Positions 1 to 5,968 of a stretch of 9,704 nt of DNA are shown here, one piece after another. The position numbers were made by a program, and so were the translations under genes. Under the pieces are notes generated by a model, which was given only the letters and a program-made list of their open reading frames with translations, searched no databases and was not told where the DNA came from. Source of the stretch: a virus (taxonomy: Duplodnaviria > Heunggongvirae > Uroviricota > Caudoviricetes); IMG/VR virus record IMGVR_UViG_2541047165_000024; one strand, given 5' to 3'. Every line of letters starts with the position of its first letter. The stretch's first letter is position 1.

Positions 1-1131
1 TCAAATGACCAGTTTTTTCCATTCCTTACCGCGTGCGTCGTTGTAAATATCGGTCATTTTTTGATTCGAATGGCCTAGCAAAATTTTGGTATCAACCCCC
101 TGCTCTCTGAACAATCGCTCTGATAAAGATCTCTGCTCATGGAAAGAGGGAGGGGTGCCATTAGCACGCCAGTTGTAATCCACAGAATCCCGGGCTTTTT
201 TAAATGCAACGGTTAATGTTGCTGGCTTAACCATCCCGCCGCGCTTAGCTGTCCCTTTCGCGTGATGGTGGTGCAATAGCCACGGACTAAGAACGCAATC
301 GCGGCAGGATGACACCACATCATCCAGGGTGAGATTTAATTTATCGCAACGCAGAGCCAGAGGGATGGCAATCCGGGTTCCTGTTTTTTGCTGTTCGACA
401 TGAAGATAACCATCCCGGATATCCGAAAATTGCATTTTGCAAATATCTGAAAGGCGCTGGCCTGTCATCAGTGCCAGCAGCATACCGCGCTGTAAAAAGT
501 AACCATCCTTTTCCGCTGCGTTATAAATCATCATCCACTCATCAAAAGTCAGTCGCTGTCTTGATATCCGCACCTGCGGTTTTTTTGCCGATTCTGCAGG
601 GTTAAAGCCTGGCGGGACATCGCCCGTTTGCTGAGCTTCCCGGAAAACATCGATCAGTACTTTCCTGAAAATTTGTCCCATTCTGTTATGTCCTCTGGCC
701 TTGTACTCTTCCAGTACTGATACCACATCTTTTACGGTTATGGCATCTAACGGTCTGGTGCCAAAACGTTCATCAAATACCCTGAGAGGGGCCGCTTTCT
801 GTTTCAGCGTGTTGAGTTTGATCTCGCCGTTTTCATATCTTTCCTGTTGAATTTTTCTGTAATTATTCAGAAAAATGGTAACGGTTGATGAACCGCCGGT
901 ATCACTAATAATTTTCTCCTGCAGACTGAGCATTTGTTCCATTTGCTGCCGGGCAAGACGGCTGTTCGCTTCTGCTGCAATAGTTTCTGCCAGTTTCTGG
1001 TCAATACTGCCGAGACCGTGATTTTTGCCTGTTATGGGATGCCTGTAACGCCAGTAAACTTTGTTATTTCTTTTGTCAAAATACGGAGATAATCCCGGAA
1101 CATCGGTTTTATATTTTCGCGGGCGCGCCAT
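1..1131 (-). CDS. int: Tyrosine-type site-specific integrase (phage integrase family), complete 376 aa
   Basis: Full-length minus-strand ORF whose stop codon is at bases 1-3. The C-terminal region has the catalytic-domain architecture typical of tyrosine recombinases (…LLGHSNQKMTDIYNDARG…). Its start overlaps the upstream xis-like ORF, the classical xis-int arrangement. Family assignment is from recalled motifs, not a search. Confidence 0.93.
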   Translation of the reverse strand: MARPRKYKTDVPGLSPYFDKRNNKVYWRYRHPITGKNHGLGSIDQKLAETIAAEANSRLARQQMEQMLSLQEKIISDTGGSSTVTIFLNNYRKIQQERYENGEIKLNTLKQKAAPLRVFDERFGTRPLDAITVKDVVSVLEEYKARGHNRMGQIFRKVLIDVFREAQQTGDVPPGFNPAESAKKPQVRISRQRLTFDEWMMIYNAAEKDGYFLQRGMLLALMTGQRLSDICKMQFSDIRDGYLHVEQQKTGTRIAIPLALRCDKLNLTLDDVVSSCRDCVLSPWLLHHHHAKGTAKRGGMVKPATLTVAFKKARDSVDYNWRANGTPPSFHEQRSLSERLFREQGVDTKILLGHSNQKMTDIYNDARGKEWKKLVI

Positions 1132-1357
1132 CTTCCAGTATCCTCTTCAAAGCAGGGTGATCTGTGGCGATCACCTCCGGCTTGTTTACCATTCCGACAA
1201 AGCGAGCTTGCGGATCCACTCGCCAGCGTCTTCCAACTTTTTTGGGGAGAGGAAATATCATTCCGGCTTTAGCGTATTTACTTAACGTACTCGGAGTTGG
1301 GACCGGTTCACTGAATTCCTCTTTTGCCCACTCAGTGAGCAGAATAAGTCTTGCCAT
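1109..1357 (-). CDS. xis: Excisionase-like small DNA-binding protein (Xis/AlpA-type)
   Basis: An 82-aa basic ORF immediately upstream of int on the same strand, overlapping the int start by 23 nt. Position and size fit a lambdoid excisionase. The exact start codon was not verified. Confidence 0.75.
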   Translation of the reverse strand: MARLILLTEWAKEEFSEPVPTPSTLSKYAKAGMIFPLPKKVGRRWRVDPQARFVGMVNKPEVIATDHPALKRILEDGAPAKI

Positions 1358-1421
1358 GAGCGTCGTTCGCTAATCATGGTCGCCGCCACTATAGCTGGTG
1401 GGCAACGACCGGGGTTGAACA

Positions 1422-1859
1422 TTAAAAATCAGCCTGATTCGGGATCAGTTTTTGCCAGATAACTGAAACGTATTTTGCCTGGTAACGGGCGTCATCAAGT
1501 GCATTATGGCGCTCACCTTCGAATGGAATAGCCGTTCTGGCATCGAAGTCTATGGCTTTCCCCAGCTCAACGATTGTGCGTACATCGCGATCGTTGTAGT
1601 AACGCCACGGGCAGGGGATCCCCTGCCGTTCGTATGAACGGCGCAAAATCGTGTTGTCGAAGTTGGCTCCATTTCCCCAGACCTGAACAAAAAATTCACC
1701 GGAGTTTTCGTCGATAAATTCCCGCAATTGTAACAGTGCATCATCTAACGGGATTTCATCGGTCATAATGGCAGATTGCGCTTCGCGTGATTGCTTAAGC
1801 CACCATTTAATGGTGTCCCTCGCCGTGTGCTTTCGTGTTGTGTGCCTGCTTTTTACCAC
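1422..1859 (-). CDS. DEDDh (DnaQ-like) 3'-5' exonuclease domain protein, apparently 5'-truncated (possible pseudogene or remnant)
   Basis: The translation contains an Exo II-like motif (VWGNGANFDNTIL) and an Exo III-like motif (HNALDDARYQAKY). No Exo I D-x-E motif is present. The frame opens with GTG at 1859, and translating upstream hits a stop after about 15 unrelated codons (around 1905-1907). The catalytic N-terminus therefore looks replaced by unrelated sequence. Confidence 0.65.
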   Translation of the reverse strand: MVKSRHTTRKHTARDTIKWWLKQSREAQSAIMTDEIPLDDALLQLREFIDENSGEFFVQVWGNGANFDNTILRRSYERQGIPCPWRYYNDRDVRTIVELGKAIDFDARTAIPFEGERHNALDDARYQAKYVSVIWQKLIPNQADF

Positions 1860-1883
1860 GTCAGGCGAGGTGGTCCCCGTTAT

Positions 1884-1929
1884 TCCCCAACAACAAGGAT
1901 CTTGTTAATCTGGATATCCCCAACAACAA
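1884..1929. repeat. Two direct copies of TCCCCAACAACAA spaced 33 bp apart, in the junction/promoter region upstream of the accessory ORF
   Basis: Read directly from the sequence: the 13-mer occurs at about 1884-1896 and 1917-1929. It sits between the truncated exonuclease and the divergent plus-strand ORF. Any function (regulator binding site or recombination scar) is inference. Confidence 0.6.
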
Positions 1930-1943
1930 TAAGAGTATTGAAT

Positions 1944-2459
1944 GTGATCGCTGAATTAACGGCAGCAATGACGGCTATTCGTGAAACCGCCCAGATTGCA
2001 AAACTAATGAACGAGGCAAAAACTCAAGCTGAAGTAAATGCGGCTATTGGTGAACTGAACTCAAAGCTTGCATCTATTCAGCGCGAATGCGTGTCTCTCG
2101 TTGAGCTGGTGGGCACTTATCAAGAAATAAATGCTTCTCTCAAAGCTAAAATTGCAGAATTTGAAAACTTTGAGGCTCAGACGGAAGGTTATATCCTTAG
2201 CCAACTTGAGTCGGGAACTTTTGTGTACTCGAAGGAGGTAACCGTGAACGGCGGCAGCATAATCATGCATCTTTGTCCAAAATGTTTTGGACAAAAGATA
2301 GTATCGATACTTCAGCCATTCCCGGTTAGAGAATATGAATTTTTTCATAAAAGCAGGTGCCTGTACTGTGAAAATCAGTTTCTTATGAATAAAAATCCGG
2401 ATTACGTATCACCTCCATCTATTGAAGAGTTGGCCAGAAAACTGAACGGCAATCTGTAG
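1944..2459 (+). CDS. Uncharacterised coiled-coil plus Cys4 zinc-ribbon protein (about 171 aa), candidate accessory or defence moron
   Basis: The long plus-strand ORF ends at TAG 2457-2459. The track's 1791 start overlaps the exonuclease gene and gives an implausible N-terminus. More plausible starts are GTG 1944 (preceded by AAGAG), TTG 1938 or ATG 1968. The N-terminal half is heptad-like and low in complexity (…AKLMNEAKTQAEVNAAIGELNSKLASIQRE…LKAKIAEFENFEAQ…). The C-terminal half carries CPKC and CLYC motifs about 25 residues apart. Codon composition is visibly AT-richer than the flanking genes, judged by eye and not computed. I recognise no named family. Confidence 0.6.
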   Translation: MIAELTAAMTAIRETAQIAKLMNEAKTQAEVNAAIGELNSKLASIQRECVSLVELVGTYQEINASLKAKIAEFENFEAQTEGYILSQLESGTFVYSKEVTVNGGSIIMHLCPKCFGQKIVSILQPFPVREYEFFHKSRCLYCENQFLMNKNPDYVSPPSIEELARKLNGNL

Positions 2460-2496
2460 ATTTTTACTGTTATGGATATCCAGATTGTTAAAGAGC

Positions 2497-2523
2497 ATGC
2501 CGGATGCTTGCTTGTGTCCGGCG
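2497..2523. terminator. Hairpin (GCCGGA-N12-TCCGGC) between convergent genes, a possible weak bidirectional terminator
   Basis: Inverted repeat at about 2499-2504 and 2517-2522, in the 114-bp gap between the plus-strand ORF (ends 2459) and the minus-strand small ORF (ends 2574). On the minus strand it is followed by AUGCUCUUU. There is no strong U-tract, so this is a weak call. Confidence 0.3.
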
Positions 2524-2573
2524 CGTGTGCACCACTCTCCCCCCGTGGAGGATTCCTTAATTACCAGATTTCA

Positions 2574-2804
2574 TTAGTCAGAGTTTCTTGCTAACCAGCG
2601 ACGCGCGCCAGATTCGGTTTTAAACGTTTTGCTTTTGGTATACGTCATCGCGGTGAACGTGCCGTCCTGGTTGGGAAACACGCCGCACACCAGAGATTCG
2701 TTGTTGCCAAGATCAAGAGTATCCATGCTGACCTCATATCCCCTTAACGCCGGGGTAGCGGAACAAAAACCTGCTGCATAGTTAAAGTTGAACCCTGCCG
2801 TCAT
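2574..2804 (-). CDS. Small hypothetical protein (76 aa), first gene downstream of the leftward pL-like promoter
   Basis: Minus-strand ORF with ATG at 2802-2804, preceded by GAGG about 9 nt upstream. It lies about 95 nt downstream of a near-consensus sigma-70 promoter that is overlapped by operator palindromes. It has no arginine-rich N-terminus, so it is not N-like. Function unknown. Confidence 0.5.
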   Translation of the reverse strand: MTAGFNFNYAAGFCSATPALRGYEVSMDTLDLGNNESLVCGVFPNQDGTFTAMTYTKSKTFKTESGARRWLARNSD

Positions 2805-2899
2805 GTTCTTACGCCTCGGGCTGGCTACTTAATCCCTGACCACTGCCGGGTAACTCTAGGTATTGCCCTGTATTGTGTGGGACGGGATGGGTTGGTATG

Positions 2900-2950
2900 G
2901 GAAAACTATAGGAAATGCCTAATTGCTTGTCAATAGGCTACGCCTAATGA
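2900..2950 (-). promoter_or_regulatory. Leftward pL-like promoter (-35 TTGACA, 17-bp spacer, -10 TATAGT) with overlapping operator sites (OL)
   Basis: On the minus strand the sequence reads TTAGGCgtaGCCTATTGACA-agcaattaggcatttcc-TATAGT. The -35 is at plus 2928-2933 and the -10 at 2905-2910. One operator palindrome abuts the -35 (about 2932-2947). A second TTAGGC half-site pair lies across the spacer and -10 (about 2908-2922). The layout is a mirror image of the cassette on the other side of the repressor gene. Confidence 0.6.
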
Positions 2951-3005
2951 TTTGGGTGCGACCTAATAGGTGATGGTTTGTGGGAGAGGTAGTAGGAGTT
3001 AACTA

Positions 3006-3027
3006 ACGGGAACTAGGAATTTCCCGT
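3006..3027 (-). terminator. Hairpin (ACGGGAA-N8-TTCCCGT) just downstream of the repressor stop, a candidate terminator or insulator
   Basis: Inverted repeat at 3006-3012 and 3021-3027, directly after the repressor stop (3042-3044) on the minus strand. The trailing sequence is only moderately U-rich (UAGUUAACU). Confidence 0.3.
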
Positions 3028-3041
3028 CGGACCATATAAGT

Positions 3042-3518
3042 TTAAGTTCCTGTCTTGGTGATGTTCTGGCTTTTCCGTTTTGATTCTTGATTTTTCAGAT
3101 AGTTAGCTACCTTCATTTCCATTGCGGCAATGTAGGCACGAACGTCATGATCAACCCAACTAGGCTCCGTAGCATTTCCAGATAAGAGGAAAGCCACAAT
3201 TGCTCTTTTTTCATCAGAGGCGGCTTGATAAAGGCTGTTTATGTCTAAAAGTTCACTTTTTGTATCTGAAGTGGATGGGGTTGGTATGGGGTATTCGTTA
3301 AGCCCCCAATGCTCTGGACCAACCACATCAGAAAAGAAACGCCATAGTTCTGGAAGTTTGTCTTTACTTATCGAACCTTTCTTAATCCAGTCATGGATTG
3401 ATGGTGGTTGGACTTTGAAATGACGTGCGATTTCCGCCTTTGATTTGACGGCTCCTGATGCAATTTTTTTGTTAATGGCCTGCTCTATCGCTCGGCCTAA
3501 GTCTTTACCACTAAGCAT
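3042..3518 (-). CDS. racR: Prophage immunity repressor, HTH (XRE/CI-like) without a LexA-type peptidase domain; RacR-like
   Basis: 158-aa ORF with an N-terminal HTH region (…KSKAEIARHFKVQPPSIHDWIKKGSISKDKLPELW…) and an AGGAGA RBS. It is divergent from a Cro-like gene and flanked on both sides by operator-bearing promoters. Size and context match the RacR position of Rac-type prophages. The symbol is given as a family-level analogy only. Confidence 0.85.
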   Translation of the reverse strand: MLSGKDLGRAIEQAINKKIASGAVKSKAEIARHFKVQPPSIHDWIKKGSISKDKLPELWRFFSDVVGPEHWGLNEYPIPTPSTSDTKSELLDINSLYQAASDEKRAIVAFLLSGNATEPSWVDHDVRAYIAAMEMKVANYLKNQESKRKSQNITKTGT

Positions 3519-3544
3519 TGCTTAATAGTCTCCTATGCGCATCG

Positions 3545-3616
3545 CATTAGGCAATACCTACTCTCGAAGCGTTAGGCATAGCCTATTGACAGTTGCATTA
3601 GGCTAAGCCTAATATT
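3545..3616 (+). promoter_or_regulatory. Rightward pR-like promoter (-35 TTGACA 3586-3591, -10 TAATAT about 3610-3615) with three operator-like palindromes (OR)
   Basis: Operators read from the sequence: TTAGGCaatACCTAC (about 3547-3561), TTAGGCataGCCTAT (3572-3586, abutting the -35) and the near-perfect TTAGGCtaaGCCTAA (3598-3612, overlapping the -10). This is a classical tripartite operator over divergent promoters. Confidence 0.65.
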
Positions 3617-3642
3617 ATTGTGTGTTTTTTGGAGTTCATTCG

Positions 3643-3966
3643 ATGAAAAAAGATAACTATTCATTCAAACGAGCTTGTGCTGTTGTCGGTGGGCAATCAG
3701 CAATGGCTAGGCTTTTAGGTGTATCTCCTCCAAGCGTAAATCAATGGATCAAAGGTGTACGTCAGTTGCCTGCTGAGAGATGTCCTGCGATTGAACGAGC
3801 AACAAAAGGTGGTGTCCTGTGTGAAGAACTTCGTCCTGATGTTGATTGGACATACTTACGACGCTCGTCATGTTATTCGCAGAATATGTCGATGAAGCAA
3901 CCAAATGACGAAAACGATCATACCCGAAGCATCAAGAGGCAAATGATTCATGAAAATCAAACATGA
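3643..3966 (+). CDS. ydaS: Cro-like HTH regulator of the YdaS type
   Basis: ATG at 3643 with GGAG 8 nt upstream. The track's GTG at 3622 gives an unlikely extension. The HTH region (…ACAVVGGQSAMARLLGVSPPSVNQWIKGVRQLPAERCPAIE…) is typical of Cro/YdaS-like proteins encoded divergently from the repressor. Confidence 0.8.
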   Translation: MKKDNYSFKRACAVVGGQSAMARLLGVSPPSVNQWIKGVRQLPAERCPAIERATKGGVLCEELRPDVDWTYLRRSSCYSQNMSMKQPNDENDHTRSIKRQMIHENQT

Positions 3967-4375
3967 GCACATCCGCATGGCGATGAATGCCTGGGCATAT
4001 CCTGATGGTGAGAAAGTTCCTGCAGCTGAAATAGCCCGGACTTATTTCGAACTGGGGATGACGTTCCCGGAACTGTACGACGACAGCCATCCGGAAGCCC
4101 TGGCTCGTAATACCCAGAAAATTTTCCGTTGGCTGGATAAAGACACCCCTGATGCTGTTGAAAAAATGCAGGCTCTGTTACCGGCGATCGAAAAGGCAAT
4201 GCCGCCTCTGCTGGTGGCCCGTATGCGCAGTCACAGCTCTGAATATTACCGTGAGATCGTCGAACGGAGGGATCGGCTGGTGAAAGATGTGGATGATTTT
4301 GTCGCAGCGGCGATCGCCTGGGGCACCCTGACTAACAGTGGGGGTCAGCCTGGTAATGCTGTTGTCGTGCATTGA
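3950..4375 (+). CDS. ydaT: YdaT-like protein (prophage toxin-like, repressor-controlled)
   Basis: 141-aa ORF overlapping the end of the ydaS-like gene by 17 nt, so probably translationally coupled. The N-terminus MKIKHEHI… and the position directly after the cro-like gene match the YdaT family of Rac-like prophages. Assignment is from recall, not a search. Confidence 0.78.
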   Translation: MKIKHEHIRMAMNAWAYPDGEKVPAAEIARTYFELGMTFPELYDDSHPEALARNTQKIFRWLDKDTPDAVEKMQALLPAIEKAMPPLLVARMRSHSSEYYREIVERRDRLVKDVDDFVAAAIAWGTLTNSGGQPGNAVVVH

Positions 4376-4437
4376 CCAACAATATTCATGCCGGATTTCT
4401 TCCGGATGTTCGAGGGTAAAGTTCGGTATCAGATGAG

Positions 4438-5481
4438 GTGAGTATGGCTAATGCCTGGCTCAGATTGTGGCATGACATGCCAAATGATCCCAAATGGCGA
4501 ACCATTGCCAGGGTCTCAGGACAGCCAATCGCAACAGTGATGGCGGTGTATATCCACCTTCTGGTGAGTGCGTCACGAAATGTCACGAAATGTCACGGCG
4601 AGTCACTACGTGGTCACATTGATGTCACGACGGAAGATTTAGCAAGTGCGCTTGATGTGACGGAAGACGTGATTGATTCAATTTTGCATGCAATGCAGGG
4701 GCGAGTTCTGGATGGCGATCTTATTTCCGGATGGGAAAAACGCCAGGTGATGAAGGAGGATAACGGTAATGTTTCGCAAACCGCAAAATCCCCGGCAGAG
4801 CGCAAGAGAGCGCAGCGGGAGCGGGAAAGACTGCGGGAGCAGAACACTGATTGTCACGATGAGTCACGACGCGTCACGCATATGTCACGACAAGTCACGA
4901 CAGATACAGATACAGATAAAGAATTAAACCCCACACATAACGCGCGCATGCGCGAGAGTGCTCCAGCCAGTGAGTCGAATGGCGCGCCGTTGCAGACAGC
5001 AGAACCTGAATACCCGGATGGCCTGAGCGAACCGATCGGGAAATTTCCGATGACTGGTGTCTGGCGGCCGTCGCTGGATTTTCGACAGCGGGCTGCATTG
5101 TGGGGTATGGCTCTGCCTGAGCCTGAGTTTACACCTGCTGAGCTTGCCGCATTCCGGGATTACTGGATGGCGGAGGGGAAGGTTTTCACGCAGGTTCAGT
5201 GGGAGCAGAAATTTGCCCGTCACGTGCAGCACGTCAGGGCACAGGTAAAACCAGTCAGCAAGGGGGTAAGCCATGCAGCACCAGGTGGCACCGCATCACG
5301 GGCAGTTCAGGAAATTCGGGCAGCACGTGAACAGTGGGAACGTGAAAACGGATTTATCAGCAACGGAAACGGCCTGGAAGCTGTGGGAACTTATGGGGGA
5401 GGTGTATTCGAACCGCTGGACCCAGAAGAACGGGGCTGCGCCGTCGAAGCTCTGGATTGCTCAGATTGGCGCGATGACTGA
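4438..5481 (+). CDS. Replication initiation protein (lambda O-like functional analogue or replisome organiser) with embedded origin iterons
   Basis: 347-aa ORF; the start is GTG 4438 or ATG 4444 after GAGGTG. It lies immediately upstream of a lambda P-like gene. The coding sequence contains two clusters of GTCAC repeats at helical spacing, the hallmark of an ori inside an O-type gene. Confidence 0.8.
   Translation: MSMANAWLRLWHDMPNDPKWRTIARVSGQPIATVMAVYIHLLVSASRNVTKCHGESLRGHIDVTTEDLASALDVTEDVIDSILHAMQGRVLDGDLISGWEKRQVMKEDNGNVSQTAKSPAERKRAQRERERLREQNTDCHDESRRVTHMSRQVTTDTDTDKELNPTHNARMRESAPASESNGAPLQTAEPEYPDGLSEPIGKFPMTGVWRPSLDFRQRAALWGMALPEPEFTPAELAAFRDYWMAEGKVFTQVQWEQKFARHVQHVRAQVKPVSKGVSHAAPGGTASRAVQEIRAAREQWERENGFISNGNGLEAVGTYGGGVFEPLDPEERGCAVEALDCSDWRDD
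4572..4628. repeat. Iteron cluster 1: six GTCAC(G) repeats at 10-11 bp spacing (putative ori component)
   Basis: GTCAC occurs at about 4572, 4582, 4592, 4602, 4613 and 4624, read directly from the sequence. Confidence 0.75.
4853..4918. repeat. Iteron cluster 2: five GTCACGA repeats at 10-11 bp spacing, followed by (ACAGAT)x3 and an A/T-rich stretch (putative ori core)
   Basis: GTCACGA occurs at about 4853, 4863, 4873, 4884 and 4894. It is followed by cagatacagatacagataaagaattaaa. Confidence 0.75.
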
Positions 5482-5935
5482 ACAGCAAATCCGGCAGGTC
5501 TGCCGTCAGTGCATGGACCGCTGCCGGGCGGGTGAAACGTGGCCTCCGGACCTGGCTGAGTTTGTGGCGTTGATTTCGGAGAGCGGGGCAAATCCATTTG
5601 GCCTGACGGTGGATGCCGTGATGGAGGAGTACCGTCGCTGGAGGAATGAATCCTGGCGGTACGACGGGAGTGATAAATACCCGTGGCCACAGCCGGTGCT
5701 GTACCACATTTGCCTCGAGATGCGTGACAGAGGGATTGAGCGGCAGATGACGGAAGGTGAGTTAAAACGACTTGCAGAACGGCAACTGACGAAATGGGCA
5801 AAGCAAGTTGGTAACGGGATGAGTATTCCCCCGATCCGGAGACAACTCGCATCGCCGAAGTGCCCGCAAGGGCCAACGCCAATTGAATTACTGAAACAGG
5901 AATACGAGCGCCGGAAGGCGGCTGGTTTTGTTTGA
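5273..5935 (+). CDS. Lambda P-like replication protein (helicase loader)
   Basis: ATG at 5273 is preceded by a strong AAGGGGG SD. The C-terminal half aligns by eye with lambda P (ours: WPPDLAEFVALI…DKYPWPQPVLYHI…MTEGELKRLAERQL; lambda P: LPSPGQFVAWC…ESYPWKSNAHYWL…LTDAELRRKAADEL). It overlaps the 3' end of the O-like ORF by about 209 nt in another frame. Confidence 0.8.
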   Translation: MQHQVAPHHGQFRKFGQHVNSGNVKTDLSATETAWKLWELMGEVYSNRWTQKNGAAPSKLWIAQIGAMTEQQIRQVCRQCMDRCRAGETWPPDLAEFVALISESGANPFGLTVDAVMEEYRRWRNESWRYDGSDKYPWPQPVLYHICLEMRDRGIERQMTEGELKRLAERQLTKWAKQVGNGMSIPPIRRQLASPKCPQGPTPIELLKQEYERRKAAGFV

Positions 5936-5968
5936 ATCTGAGAAACGATTTTGTCGGAGGAAATTTTA

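Noticed and set aside
1-60. Search for an attachment site or tRNA at the left edge next to the integrase
   Set aside because: The window begins at the integrase stop codon. Any attL or target gene would lie outside the window, and no tRNA-like sequence is visible inside it.
1061-1373. Plus-strand ORFs 1061-1285 and 1164-1373, and minus-strand ORFs 1550-1744 and 2061-2348
   Set aside because: They lie entirely within, and antisense to or out of frame with, the better-supported int, xis, exonuclease and accessory genes, and have low-complexity translations.
1791-1943. Track start of the plus-strand ORF at 1791 (222-aa version)
   Set aside because: The first about 50 codons overlap the exonuclease gene antisense and translate to an implausible Cys/Pro/Arg-rich sequence. 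The coiled-coil protein more plausibly starts at 1938-1968.
2574-2804. The small leftward ORF considered as an N-like antiterminator
   Set aside because: It has no arginine-rich N-terminal motif, and I could not find boxA/boxB-like nut elements in the leader (2805-2900).
3241-4372. ORFs 3241-3423 (+), 3957-4199 (-) and 4178-4372 (-)
   Set aside because: They are antisense shadow ORFs inside the repressor and ydaT-like genes.
4386-4410. CCGGA-tttct-TCCGG hairpin between the ydaT-like and O-like genes, considered as a tR1-like terminator
   Set aside because: The stem is short (5 bp) with no downstream U-tract. It is more likely incidental or at most a weak pause site.
4572-4900. GTCAC(G) repeats considered as a possible CRISPR array or other tandem repeat locus
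   Set aside because: The repeat unit is only 5-7 bp at 10-11 bp spacing, with no spacer structure, and it is embedded in frame in a replication-initiator ORF. That is the signature of origin iterons, not CRISPR.
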